A stretch of 56,031 nt of DNA, the filler included, from Jimgerdemannia flammicorona (lineage: Eukaryota), in the NCBI GenBank assembly GCA_003990765.1. It is 3 parts of 3 records of this genome, joined end to end, with 100 filler letters (N's around TTAATTAATTAA, not from the genome) between each part and the next. Parts side by side here need not be neighbours in the genome. Positions count along the whole stretch, not along the records: positions 1 to 18,612 come from RBNJ01002161.1; 2 more parts are not named here. One strand, written 5' to 3'. This document shows, piece by piece, positions 1 through 12,830 of the stretch (positions are counted from its first letter, which is position 1; each line of letters begins with the position of its first letter). The position numbers and the translations under genes are program-made. The notes beneath the pieces were generated by a model. It had not been told where the DNA came from and did not search any database. It saw only the letters and a list, made by a program, of their open reading frames with translations.

Positions 1-1210
1 TACCCCCACTCAATGAAATATGTCAGATTCTTTAGAACTGACTGATGCAATATATTCGAGACAGAAACATTTCTCATGCATGCATTCACCCAAATATACA
101 AACTTATACTCATTTAATTTGTTATCATGTATGATTTAGTATAAGGGTGATAGCCATGAGAGAGCATGGGTTATTGAAGAAGTAAGATGGAGATTTAACC
201 TCTCTAAAGCCCCTACTAGGAGATTGTGAGCATTGGTTCCCCTTTTCTACTCTGGTCCACTTTCCGATATAAAGAATGAGTCTGTTTTTGGTTTGCTTAC
301 CAGATAAGCCTGAAGTTTACTGCTAAGTTCAAGGAAGAACTTTACTGCCATTTCCAAGTTATTTGCTACATTCCTAGAAAGCTGCCTTACTTAAGCCAGT
401 TTCTGATACAACTTTACAGTGAATCTGTTTGTACAAATGAAGCCAGTCTTTGATATAACTTTGCCAAGAGACTCTTTCCCAAAAGCTACCAGTTATTCAC
501 ATTCCCAGTTGAAGCTACTGATTCATGAAGAATCTGTGCTATCCAAGTTATTTCCCAGTTGAAGCAGCTGTTTTCAAGAAGTCTGCTAATTTAGAAGAAT
601 CTGTAACATCCGAGTTAACCAAATTATCCACACCACTCGAGTTATTATTCCCAGAAGAGCCTGATTTGTGCCATCTGAGTTTCTGTATCATTCGAGTTAT
701 CTACGCCATCCAAGTTATTCATTGTTCCCAGTGAGTCAATATGGAAGAATCTGCTGCCAGTATAATTCCCAATTATTATACAGAGATCATCGCACTATAC
801 AGAGATTGTCACAGAGAGATTGAAGATCGTCACTCAATAAGGAGAACCACTAAATTGTCAGACTGTCACGCATAAGAAACCCATCATACTACACAAGATC
901 ACCACCCATAAATTGCATACTTTTGGAGATCTCACTATACATAAATTTCTACCAATTCCCAGTTGATCCAATAAGGAAACCCATTCACACACAAATTGCC
1001 ACTACACCCAGAGAACTGTCTCAATCAGAAAATTGACATACAAATTGCTTACAGATATCCAGCCTTGACTATTATACCACTAAACACCAATAAGGACCTC
1101 AGGAATCTTAGAACATTTTGTTGCTTTTGAACAAAATAACTGGGGGCTCAAGTCAAACTACATCAACCCCCAACCTTGTAATTTGTCTCTATTGAGCCAG
1201 GCACATTACA
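1..1210 (+). mobile_element. Gypsy family A-type LTR (5' part divergent or truncated by window edge)
   Basis: From ~225 it matches the LTRs at 38882-40278 and 47865-49149; ends in the shared terminus ...TTGAGCCAGGCACATTACA at 1210. Confidence 0.85.
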
Positions 1211-3655
1211 ATACTTCCTATCAATAAAGAGCTAAGTACTGGAAAAATTCAAAGAATTTAAAGTAATTACTGAGAATGAAATAGGATGTAAAATATATAC
1301 TATATAATCAGATAATAGATATGAATATATCAATGAGATATTCAAATAATTCCTGAAAAAACATAGTATATAATAACAAAGAACAGCTTTCTGTATACCT
1401 CAACAAAATGGAATGGCTGAGCAATTTAACTATATAGTTGTAGAAATGGCTCATATGATGATTAATACAGCAGGATTGGGATACTCCTATTGGGCCAAAG
1501 TTATTAATACAGCAATATATATATATATATAATTGATATACATCTCAAGTGCTAAGCAAAGAGGCCAGTAACAATAATAAGCATGAGGATGATGATCTCA
1601 CCCTTGAAGAATTATAGACTAGAATTAAGCCCAATATATCACATCTATGTATATTTGATTGCAAGGTATATATTCTTGATAAGAGCAATACCAATTAGTA
1701 TAAATTCAAGCCAAAAGCCATCAAACACATATTTCTTTAATATTCTAGTATTGGTAAGACATATAGACTCTGGGATCTATACAAGCAGCATATCATTATT
1801 TTATATAATATATAATTTGGAGAAAAAGAAAATAAAGAATTCTGTATAGATACCAGTATATATATCTACATCTATATCTATATCTCAGTCAGCACAAGTA
1901 TAACAACCATCATCAACCTCTTCAGCAATCAATTGAAATTATTTTCAACTACTATATATACCTGAGCTAGAGTTGTCTGAGCTAAGAATAATAGAGATCA
2001 AGGATGAAGATAATGATAGATCCAATACTGAGAGATCCTCTATAAAGAATAATTATAAGTATTTCAATATTTGCTAAGAAACTCATTCTAAATTAGAAAG
2101 TTATTAGAACATATCAGCAAGCTCTATATAGCAGTAACATCAAGACTATATAGCTATGCCAAAGTATATAAATGTGTATATAGCAATATCTGATAAGCTA
2201 AACACATATGATGAAGCTAAGTAAACCCCAGAGAGCAAAAAATGGGAATGTATGATGGATGAGGAATATGATTCACTCATCAAAAACAGCATATGAGATC
2301 TTATATCCCTTCTACCAAATTGCCAAATAATTGGATCAAAGTGGGTCTATAGAATCAAGCATAAGAGAAATAGAAGTATAGAGTAATATAAAGCTCATTT
2401 CATTACTAAGGGTCAATTGTAAGATTATAGGATTATGATGAGACTTTTTTACCAATATTCAAGCTTACTTCACTTAGAATACTCCTTGTGATCAACATGC
2501 TATATGATCTGGAAATCTATCAAATGGATGTCAAGACAGTATTCCTGAATGGTAATATAGATACTGAACTATATATCTATCAACTGCAAGGATAAAAAAA
2601 AGATGAGCTTGTATATGAACTATATAAAGGACTATATGATATCAAGTAAGCAGTATAACTGTGAAATAAAAGGATTGATAAACATCTTCTTAATAATGAG
2701 TTTATCTACTATGAAGCAGATAATTACATATATAGCCAGTACTATGATAATGGCTGTGTAGTCTTTATCAGCATCTGGGTTAATGATATAATTATTATTG
2801 CTAGCAAGAATAGACTTAACAGAGTTAAAGAAACCTTAAATCAAAAGTTCAAGATGATAGATATGGGTAATGCATCCTGCCTTTTAGAGATATCTATTTA
2901 TATATAATAGAAAGACATATGCCATATATCTCTTGCAAGCAATATATGATCAAATAATCCTTCAATATTTTAACATGAATGAATACAAGTCTATTTGTAC
3001 TTCTATGGATAATTCTGTAAAATTAAGAAAACCAGATACTATTCCTGAGAATAATGACAATACATCAGCCAAAAACAATGCCAAAGACATACCATATCAG
3101 TAAGCAGTTAGTTCCCTTATATACCTCATACTAGGAATGAGACCTATATTATATACTATAAATAAGGTAGTACAGTATTCCTCCTGCTATGATAATTTAT
3201 ATTAGAGTATCATCAAAAGAATATTTAGGTATCTTAAGGATATAGTATACTATATGCTTATATTGGATAATAGTAACAGCAGGAAAAATGACAAAAAGAA
3301 TGACATTTAGCTAGCTAATATATGAGATACAGATTGGGCAAGTGATCTCAATGACCACCAATCTATGACTGAGTACCTCTTTCATATTAGTGACCAAGAG
3401 TCTATCATCTTATGGCAAATATATAAGCAATTATCCATAGCAATATTACCAATATAGACAAAGTACCAGATATTATCATTGGCAACAAAAAAAGCCATTT
3501 GGCTTCACAAACTATTAAAAGAACTTGAATTTACTTTAAAACAGAGTATTATACTATACTAAGATAACCAGTCTATGATTGTACTTACTGAGAATCTAGT
3601 GCATCATAGTAGAATGAAATATATTGATATATAGCATTATTTCATTTATGAATAC
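1211..3655 (+). pseudogene. pol: Ty1/Copia pol remnant (integrase-RT-RNase H), heavily decayed
   Basis: Manual translation gives PQQNGMAE (~1398), MDEEYDSLIKN, IIGSKWVYRIK (~2327), QMDVKTVFLNG (2521), IWVNDII (YVDD box), DTDWASD, DNQS and RMKYIDI in Copia INT-RT-RH order; many stops. Confidence 0.9.
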
Positions 3656-4926
3656 TGTAATGTGCCTGGCTCAATGGAGGCAAATTACAAGGTTGGGGGT
3701 TGATGTAGTTTGGCTTAAGCTCCAAGTTACTTTGTCAAAAAGTAATAAAATATTCTTGAGTTCCTGAGGTCTTTGGTGTTTAGTGGTATAATAGTCAAAG
3801 CTGGATATCTGTGAGTGATTTCCTTATTGGGATGGTTCTCTGGATATAGTAGTGATTTGTATGTGAATGGATTTCCTTCTTGGGTCAACTGGGAATTGGT
3901 AGAAATTCATATATAGCACAATCTCCAAAAGTATGTAATTTCTGGATGATGATCTCTTGTGTGGTGCAATGATCTCTATGTAGCATGACAGTTTCCTTAT
4001 ATGGGATGTTCTGATAATTTGGTGGATAACTTGATTTGGTGTGGATTCTCCTAAATCAATAGAGTTCTTGAATATCACTGGGAATTGTGCTAGTGGTGGA
4101 TAACTCAGTAGCTTGGGCTCACTGAGAACAATGAATAGCTCAGATGGTATGATAACTTTGGATGACATAGATTGGGCTCTTCTAGGAATAATACTCAGGT
4201 GGCGTGGGTCTTCTGAGAATGCAGATAACTTGAAAATGGTGGGTGACATGAATTCTTCTTGAACAGGCAGCTTCAACTGGGAAATGACTTGAGTTCTTGG
4301 CTAGTTATATCTAGACTGGCTTCATTTGTGCAAATGGATCACTGTGAAGTTGTGTCAAGAGACTGGCTTGTGGCAAGAAAGGCGAGCTCTCTGGAAATAT
4401 GGTGAATAACTCAAAAGGCAGCAAAGTTCTCCTTGAACTTGGTGGCAAACTTGGATTCTTCAGACTTAGTCTGGCAAGCATACCAATAATTCCAAAGGTG
4501 GTGAAGTTCTTCACTTGAACTTGGTGGCAAAATCTTCAAGCTTTGTATTGGAAAATGGACTGGAGTGGGAATAAGGAGACCAATGCTCAATCTTTAGAGG
4601 CTTCTTTGGTTTGCACTTCAATTCGGACTAGGGTTTATTCACTCTTGTCTCTGGGGTAATTTATATATTGTGGTGCTATCTGGTTGCTATATGGCTAACT
4701 ATAGATTTGCTACTTATAGCAAGTTGTGCAGATCCAGTACAAGTGTGCAGGTCCAGCACAAGTGTACAGGTCCTGCACAGATATACCTTATCTGGTAGTC
4801 TGGCTATTTATACAGTTTCTGCAGCAATGTTTACTGGTTACTATGCTGGGTATTCATGTCATCTGGCTAATTGTTTGCATCATCTGGCTAAGGTGTAATT
4901 CGTATGATACATCTTGGTTTGTCACA
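3656..4926 (-). mobile_element. 3' LTR of a family A Gypsy element inserted in the Copia RNase H
   Basis: Reverse complement starts TGTGACAAACC and ends GCACATTACA; homologous to 47865-49149; preceded by PPT. Confidence 0.92.
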
Positions 4927-4940
4927 TCAGCCCCCACTAA
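4927..4940 (-). other. Polypurine tract (family A)
   Basis: TTAGTGGGGGCTGA abutting the LTR TG; same as TCAGTGGGGGCTGA at 47851-47864. Confidence 0.8.
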
Positions 4941-4966
4941 GGGATGGTCTGTCCTCAGACTGTCCT

Positions 4967-5479
4967 TTAGTTATCATCCCAGTGTGGGTAAGCATCTTCT
5001 GCATCAATACCTATTCCATCATCTTTGTCATCTGTACCATGGTTGCTCCATTCCAAGGGTTCTTCTTCTTTTCAGAGAATAGGATTTCAACAGTATTGAT
5101 GATGCTCAGGTGTGGCTAGGTTTATTTCTCTTGTATCATACCAGGAGAATTGTGCTTGTATCAGGGCTGTAGGGTTTCGCTTATAAAGGGTGTACAGCCT
5201 GTCTGCAGTAGTGGCATCTCTCCTTGATAGTTCTGTGGTGTTTCTGATATATATTTGTTCTGGGACTGAGAGGTTCTGCAATTGTTCTCCAATTGTATAA
5301 TGGGCCTGGAGTTGGTGGACCTGTAGCAATCATCTGGCCAGGACAAGATTCTCTTGATGAATCCAGATCTTTTGGAGAGTATTCCCATTGACTTCTCAGA
5401 ATTGAGGTAGGGAAACTGGCAGTGATTGAAATGAGCTGAGGACAAGAGTTTGAAGGTGGTTGTCAACTCTCTGATTCAT
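4967..5479 (-). pseudogene. Family A accessory ORF (between integrase and PPT), copy 2
   Basis: MNQRVDNHLQTLVLSSFQSLPVSLPQF*...LQVHQLQAHYTIGEQLQNL...TADRLYTLYKRNPTAL...HWDDN*; two TGA stops and frameshifting near the C-terminus; aligns with 47310-47825. Confidence 0.8.
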
Positions 5480-5648
5480 GATGTGGGAAAAGGTATATTT
5501 TGAGGCAATTGATGTATACTGGTGTCTTGAGGATTCATCCATCCATGCTTCTTAAATAGATGCTGGTTCCTCTGATGTTATATACAAGATAAGGTCCTTC
5601 CCATTTGGGTTCCAGTTTGGCAGCAAAATTCATTTCAATCATACTGCT
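5480..5648 (-). pseudogene. pol: C-terminal GPY/F fragment of Gypsy family A integrase
   Basis: SMIEMNFAAKLEPKWEGPYLVYNIRGTSIYL, matching 47140-47240. Confidence 0.85.
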
Positions 5649-6997
5649 GATATATCTCTCTAACAGGGAGAGTAATGGTGCTGAATGTGTACTAGCTGCC
5701 TAAGCTGTAGTATTTGGGATATCACTTAGACTTTCTGACATAGGTGATCAAGAGGCTGATGAAGATAGCAAGGTTGTGGATTTGGGTGGAGGTGTTGACA
5801 ATATCAGTAGACAGAGGAGGGCTAGGTCTGGTGGACTTCACCAAGTACTTATACTGCTTAAGGGTATAGTGGCTGAAGTGAGCAAGTGAATTGCAGGGCC
5901 AAGAGTAGATACCCCTTATGTAGTAGGTGTGGAAGACTTGGTGCTCCCCCCAGGACATAACTGGTGACCTGCTTGCTCTGGTGGCTCTTGAAGGGAGTAG
6001 GAGATATACTATAAAGGATTCTGATGGAGAGTGGTAAATAGTGCTCACTGTATTGATCTTATGTAGAGTAGTGATGAGGGGGGGGAGGAATAGAGACCCC
6101 AGATATGGAGGTGGGACTACTTACTGTTAGAAGGTATCCTGGTGGGTAATTTTCAGCTGGAGGATGGCATAGAGTGTCTGCAGGAGCATGGGGGGGGGAT
6201 TTGTGACCAGAGGCATGACAGGAAGTAGAGATCAGCAAGGAGTGAGACTGGAATAGTGTCTGGCCATAATGCAAGATGGTGGTAAGATGACTTCTCCCCA
6301 AGTTCTGGGTAGTATAGTGGAGGCTACTTTGGTATAACATAATGCTGAAATACCAGTCTGGATATTTAGTAGAAGGAGACATTCTGGAGTATAAGGAGTA
6401 TCTGAATGTCAGGCAGGAGGGGAGTATAGTGCAGACCCCTGAGTATTAGCTGGTGGAGTGTGAGGTTTTAGGAGATTTCTGAAGGTTCATAAAAGACTAG
6501 TTGGAGCTACAACCTTTGGAGGGGGTGGAGGGGAAGAGATGGGGAGATCTTAGGCATAGGCTGGAGAGAGGAGTTGGGAATGAGTAGTTGACTTTGGGAT
6601 AGGCTCTGGACATTTGGGTTGGGCTCACCAGACATTGGCTCTAAATATTTGAGAATGGGCAGTACTTGATGGGCACAGGTTGTATGATGGGAGTAGATAT
6701 TGCTGGACATTCTGAATGATTGGTAGTGGGGGTAGATGTTGCTGGATATTCTGAATAGTTGGTAGTGGGAGTGGGGACCTTGAGGGGTAACTTGTAGGAT
6801 ACTTATGGAGTGTATTTGTGAAAAGAGTAGAGAGAGGGTTGGGGTCACTGGGGAGTTGGTGTCTCTTGAGAGGGGGGAGAGGGGGGGAGTTCTGTGTGAG
6901 ATTGGGTGAAAGGTATATTGGTACCTTTGTATTAATATAATATAGATTGGATGGTAATCAGTAATAAAGTTGAAGTTCAAGTGACTATAAAAAAAAA
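5649..6997 (+). mobile_element. 3' fragment of G-rich L1/Tx1-like LINE
   Basis: Homologous to the last ~1.3 kb of the LINE at 28411-34165; AATAAA then GTGACTAT and poly(A)/(TA)n tail. Confidence 0.85.
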
Positions 6998-7229
6998 TAT
7001 ATATATATATATATTTCAACTTATCTCAGTACATTCTGTAGATTGAGAATTACTGGGCTTCTACTAGTATAACATCTTCTATTTTGACCAGTTCCTACTC
7101 TTCAGTCTATGCTCTTCACTATTCCTATATAACATTTTTGCATTTGTATCACACCTTTCACTGGTAACATTCAGGTGACACAAGACTCAGACAACACTTT
7201 TTATAACATTTTTGGTGAAAGGAGATTAT

Positions 7230-9160
7230 TGATATATATATATAGTAATAATTATCCTGGTGAGTGTACCAGCCAGGGGGGCAGTAGTGCCTTTGACTGG
7301 CAGTACATAGGGAGGAGAGGAGATGGTTTGGGGATGCCAGGGCCTTCTATGGCTGACCATGGTACTGGTGGTGGAGGGAGGGGCAGATTGAGGCAATGAG
7401 GAGAGGAGAGGATGACCTTTGCTGACAAGGTCAAGATAGGGAGAATGGCATCTGGACTGGATAGTTGGTTGGGACTGGGGAAGGTATTGATAGCTTCAGT
7501 TAGAGACCAGGGAGGAGCTCCTATAGGAGGGTCAGACAGTAGAGAGAGGGGGGGAGTAGGGGCTGGATATGTGACTGCTGATGGAGCTGTGACTGGGGAT
7601 CTGGAAAAAAATCCAGATGTGATGGTAGTTGTCAGATCTGGACAGGGGGAGGGCACAAAGCCCAGAGATCTGGCAGATGGTGTGATGGACATGGTGTCAG
7701 CACCATTACTCAAAAAGTCAAGATCAGAATTTGCCATTATATTGTGCTTCTGAGGCTTGGCAGTGACTGTGAGGATGATTTTGGGGCTGGTAGCACAGGA
7801 GATAAAGGGGGTGGCTTCGGTGAAGTTCTTGAAGGGGAAAGAAGGGATTGAGGTGAGATTTGAAAAAGAGATATCATTATTGGAGGCTGTGGAGAAGGGG
7901 GTAGTGGTGGGCAGAGTGGTAGTTTCTATGGCCCAGTACATGTGCTGAGACCCTCAAGTGGTACAGTTGATGGTGTTAGATCTTCCTACAGTATCGAGAG
8001 AGAGGGCCAGAGAACTGATTGTAGAGGTGGTCAAGGAGTATGGGGAGATCATAGACATTGGGTTCTGAGTCTGGGAGGGTACTGAACTCAGAACAGGAGA
8101 CATTGATATCAGAGTGTGGCTGGCTAGAAGAGAGAACATGGGGAAGACAAGGGACTGGCCTGCTACTCTTAAGTGGGGCCCAGTTGAGTACAAGGTTTTG
8201 AGGGTAAAGAGGATGCTTGAGGAAGAGGAGGACTTGCTGGAGACTCTGGAGGATCTGGCAGAAGTAGTTGAGAAGAGGAGACTGGCTTGGAAGGAGTATG
8301 AGGCCAAGATAGTAGTGGAGATTGTAGATAGAAAAAGGATCAGGATAGACAAGGAGACCTGGGAGAAGATGCAGGGGAGGTGAATCCAGAAGGAGTTACT
8401 GGCAAAGATGGGAGGGGGTGTGGTAGACAGCAGGGTGGAGGAAGGTGGTGCTGGACTAAGGGAGAGTGCTTGGGCTGGAGAGTACAAGGTGGCTCCAGAG
8501 ATGGCCCCAGATGGATTGAATGAGGAGGGTCTAGGTGGCATAGTGGAGGATGCTGAAATGGTGGAGGAGGTTCACCCACTGTGTGATGTCCCAAGTGGGG
8601 CAGAGGGGGAGGAAGAATTACTGGATGTACTGGAGGAGGAGTGGGATGAGTCAGGAAGGAGAAGTGCTTTGGTGGACCCTGTAGTGGAAGTCAAGAGAGC
8701 TGCCCAAGGTATTACTGAGGCAGTGGATGAAGAGGAGTGACTGTGGAAGACCCTAAAGGGGGTAGCAGCTAAGGAGCTCAGGGGAGAGGACTTCAGGATG
8801 CTAAGTGATAGACACTGGGAGGAAATTCTTTATGGGGAGGAAGTGCTAAGGAAGATTAGAAATGAAATCCTGGCAGTACTATTGGAGTTGGAGAAATATC
8901 AAGTTGATGACCAGAGAGAGGAGGCCCTTTGGGGGATTGTGAATGACCAGGTGGCATACTTGTGGGGCTCAAGGAAGGGGTTGGAGAAGTGGAGAGTAGT
9001 GTGCACAGATTATCAGACAGAAATAAAGGTTGTGGATGGGGTGGAGTATCATGAAATCTTGAAAGCACTGGATGCTCAGGCTGTAGCAGAGGATGATTTA
9101 GAGACAGAGCAGCATTTGGATCTGGCTGGATGGGATGAGCATGGAATTCTAGACTGGGGC
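7230..9160 (+). pseudogene. LINE ORF1 (Gly-rich N-terminus, RRM-like core, acidic C-terminus)
   Basis: In-frame fragments 7412, 7757, 8114, 8408 and 8798 align with ORF1 of the other two copies; core YGEIIDIGF*VWEGT; start approximate. Confidence 0.75.
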
Positions 9161-9186
9161 TCTCAAATATCAAACATTTTTTAAAT

Positions 9187-12100
9187 ATTAACAGTATAAC
9201 TAGAATCTTTTCTTTGAATGTGAATGGGTTGAGGGGAGCAGCACAATGAAGGAATATCTTTAGCTGGCTGAGGGAACTGGATGTGGATCTCTTCTTACTA
9301 CAGGATGTATGGTATGAGGTTGACATGGACTTACTGGACTGGACTAGAGAATGGGGTAGGGCAGCTGTATAGACTGGATGGGTAGGCATTCTGGTTCAAA
9401 AGGGGATAGGGGACATTGGGGACATTGGACATTGGGGGAGTAGGTTAGTGTAGGGAGTATGGAAGAGGCCTGGATGGCACCCTTTGACTGTTGGGTCATA
9501 TTATTGCCCAGCTGAGAGGGGGGAATGTGTAGATTGGGTCAGAGGCCTGAGAGAGGCTGGTGTCATGGATGAGGCTGGGATTGATTGCCTGGGGGGGGAT
9601 TTCAACATAGTATGAGATAATGGGATGGACAGGACTGATGGTGGGAGAGGAATGAGAGGCAGAAGTGGTGGGTTAGATAATTGGATGGAGATTGAGAGGT
9701 TGAGCTCCTTGGTTGACTCAGGGAAATAGTTTTGGGTGGATTGCCAAATTTATACTCACTGGGTGGCAGGACTGGGCTCCAGGATTGACTGGGTGTTGAT
9801 GATAGAGTGCTGGAGAGTAGATGTCTGAGATGTGCTAGAGGTGGTTTGGTGCTCATGGTCGGATCACTGGGGTCTGATAGGGGGTGGGAGATTTGGGGGA
9901 AGTGGGGATGGGCCAGGACATTGGTGGCTGAATTCTTCTTTGCTGGAGGATGGTTTCTTATTGACAGACTGGGAGGTGGAAGTTATTGAGAAGATTCATA
10001 GGTGGCAGGAGCAGGGATTAAGAATTGGGGATCACTAACAGTGGCTGAAATCGAGTGCTCAGAGGTACTGGAGGGAGGCAGGGAAAGGAAGGAGTGCTCA
10101 GAGGTGGCAGTGAGTACAATGGGCTTCACAGAGATTGGTGGCACTTCTGGGGAGATGGGCAGGGTCACTAGAGGATTGGGGGGCAACTGATTGGCAAATT
10201 CAGTAGATATAAAAGAAAGTTGATGAATTAAAGAAAGTGCTATAAATGGAGAAAGAGATTCAGTTGAAGGGGATAGTGGTGAGGTTGCAGTAGCAGGGGT
10301 TGGAGAAGGGAGAGAGGCCCACTAGATTTCTTTCATAGTTGCTTCAGGCTCAGAGAACTAGACAGCAGTGAGAGGGGATTCTGGATGAGAATGGAGAGAT
10401 GGTGGCAGGGACTCCTAAGATTCTGGGATTACTGAGGACTCGCTGGGGAAATTTATAGAGTGAGGAAGAAGTGGGTGAGAATGTCCTGAAAATTGAACAG
10501 CAGTTGGAGGATTGGTATCCAGACCCAGCTATGGGCCTGGGGACACTGGGGGAGCCAGTGAGGGGGGAGGAAGTATGCAAGATCTTGGCTTCAATGAGCA
10601 AAGAGACAGCTTCAGGAGAGGATGGATTTTTCTGAGATTTTTGGAAGAAGATGGCCAGAGTGGAGGTGGTATTGGAGGAGATGACAGCAATGAGTGATGA
10701 GGTCCTTCAATCTGGATTGTGGATTAGAGGCCAGCACCTAGAGCTGGTCTCTTTGCTCTATAAGGATAAGAGGAGAAGAGAAAATTAGAAAAACTGGCAA
10801 CCAATCATGCTCGTTGACATGGATGGCAAGCTAGTGACAAAGATCTTGATGACTAGACTGCAGGGGATCACTCAGCAGATACTAGGAGTGGAGCAGAGGG
10901 ATTTTGTTGGTAGATGGTTGATCTAAGATGGAACTGCCTAGGTCCATGGGGTGATTGAAGGAGTTCAGACAGCTGGGATTGATGGCTGGTTAGTGTTTCT
11001 GAATCAGAAGAAGCCATATGACAGGGTGAGGAGGGTCTGGCTGGAGGGGGTGCTGAAATGGGTGGGAGTTCCCCCAGAGTTAAGGAGGTCATTAATCAGT
11101 CTATTGGAGAATAGTCAAGCAGCATTAATGGTGAATGGGCACAGAGGTGTGACTTTCCCACTAGGTCGTGGGGTGCTGCAAGGAGATCCATTGTCACTCA
11201 TCTTATATGTCCTTTCCTTGGAGCCTCTATTGGATAGAATCAGGCATCGAATTGGGGGTTTGGATATTTTGGGAATTAACTGGAATGTGGGGGCTTTTGC
11301 AGATAATATAGTGGTTAGACTGGATTCATTGAAGAATGTGGAGGAATTAAGGAGGTCTGTAGAATGGTATGAGAGGGGCTCAGATGCCAAACTCAACTGA
11401 CACAAATGTGAGACTCTGGTGCTAGGTGGTGGAATAGTTGGCAGTGATGTGATTGGAACAGTGGTGCCAGCAGGAGAACCAGTCTGGTACTTGAGGATCT
11501 ACTTTTTAGTGTATAGATCTCTTCTGCCCTGTGTATAGTAGGAACAGCAGCTTCTAGTATAGGTAAATATGCTCTTATAGTGGGGTGGTTGGCATATATC
11601 CTTGGCAGGAAGGGTAATGGTGCTGAATGTATACTGGCTGCCAAAGCTGTAGTATGTAGGGTATCATCTGGACTTCCTGGTGTGAGTGCTCAGGTGACTT
11701 CTAAAGATGGCAAGATTATGGATCTGGGCTGGGTGGTGAAGTCAGATTGGATGGGAGGTTCTGACTCTGCTTGTTGACAGAGGCAGGCTAGGCTTAGTAG
11801 ACTTTACTAAATGCCTTCACTGTCTGAGAGCATGGTGGCTAAAGAGAGCAAGTGAGTTGAGGGGCCAGAAGTGGGTACCACTCATGCAGAGGGTGTGAGA
11901 AGTCTGGTACTCCCCTCACAGAGTGACTGGTGACCTGCTTGCAATGGTGGCCCTGGATGGGAGCAGGAGGATGCAGTATAAAGGCTTTTGGTAGGGGGTG
12001 GTGGATGGTGTAAGGAGAATTGGACTTTGGTGGCAGGGCAATGAGAGGGAGGAGGACTGGGGACCATAGATGTGGAGATGGGACAGGCTATTGCTGAGAG

Positions 12101-12820
12101 ATATATTGGTGGAGAATTTCCTACTTGGTAATAGAATAGATTGCATGCAGGGCCTAGGGGGAGACCTATGGCCTGTAGTATGGCAGAGGGTGGGGATTGG
12201 TGAGAAGTGGGACTAGAATAGTCTTTGGTCTTGGAGCAAGCAGGTGATATGGTGACTTCCCCCCAAGTTCTGGGTGGTATGGTGGAGGTTTCTAAGGTGG
12301 AATGTGATACTGAACTATCAGTCTGGGCACTTGGTGGTGGATGGTACTTTTGAGTGTAAGGAATGTTTAAATGTTAGCTAGGAGGGGGGAGTGGTACAAA
12401 TGCCTGAACATTGGCTTAGTGAGTGTGAAGTTCTGGTGGAGTTTTGGCACTGTATTGTGAACTTGTTAGGACTGTAGGCCCTGGTGGGGAGGGAAGGGGA
12501 GTGATGGGGGGACCTCTGCTGAAGATTAGTAGGTGGGATTGGAGATGAGTAGCTGATCTTGGAATGGGTTTTGGCAATTTGGATTGGGCTGATCAGGTAT
12601 TGGCTACATGTATTCAAGGAGGGCCAGCAGGTTGAGGTTGGGGCCAGAGTGGCACAATGGGAATAGTTAATACTTGACATTTTGAATAACTAGTGAAGAG
12701 GGTGGGGACCAGGTGGGGGGGGCTGATAGAGCTTAGTAATATATATTTACCAGAAAAGTGGAGAGAGGGTTCAGGTGGCAGGTGACTGGGTTATCCTCTA
12801 ATGGGGAGTGATGGAGAGTG
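9187..12820 (+). pseudogene. LINE ORF2 (AP endonuclease, reverse transcriptase, C-terminal CCHC)
   Basis: SLNVNGLRG, GGDFN, SRIDW, SDHWG, GPGHWWLN; RT NWQPIML, LVFLNQKKPYDRV, GVLQGDPLS, FADN, YL; CKEC...EHWLSEC. Confidence 0.9.
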
Positions 12821-12830
12821 GAGAAGGGCA

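Larger units (their letters stand above)
7174..12830 (+). mobile_element. Near full-length LINE (L1/Tx1-like), copy 1; 3' end interrupted by LINE copy 2
   Basis: 5' end GGTGACACAAGACTCAGACA identical to 28411; ORF1 plus APE-RT-CCHC ORF2; no poly(A) visible before the next LINE. Confidence 0.9.

Noticed and set aside
3824..4514. ORFs inside family A LTRs (also 525-734, 39788-39994, 48445-48750)
   Set aside because: Frames are not conserved between the four LTR copies; they arise from repetitive U5 motifs.
7252..8541. Long Ser/Pro/Thr-rich minus-strand ORFs over the LINEs (also 28506-29504, 30821-31363)
   Set aside because: Antisense shadows of G-rich ORF1/ORF2; the low stop frequency follows from composition.
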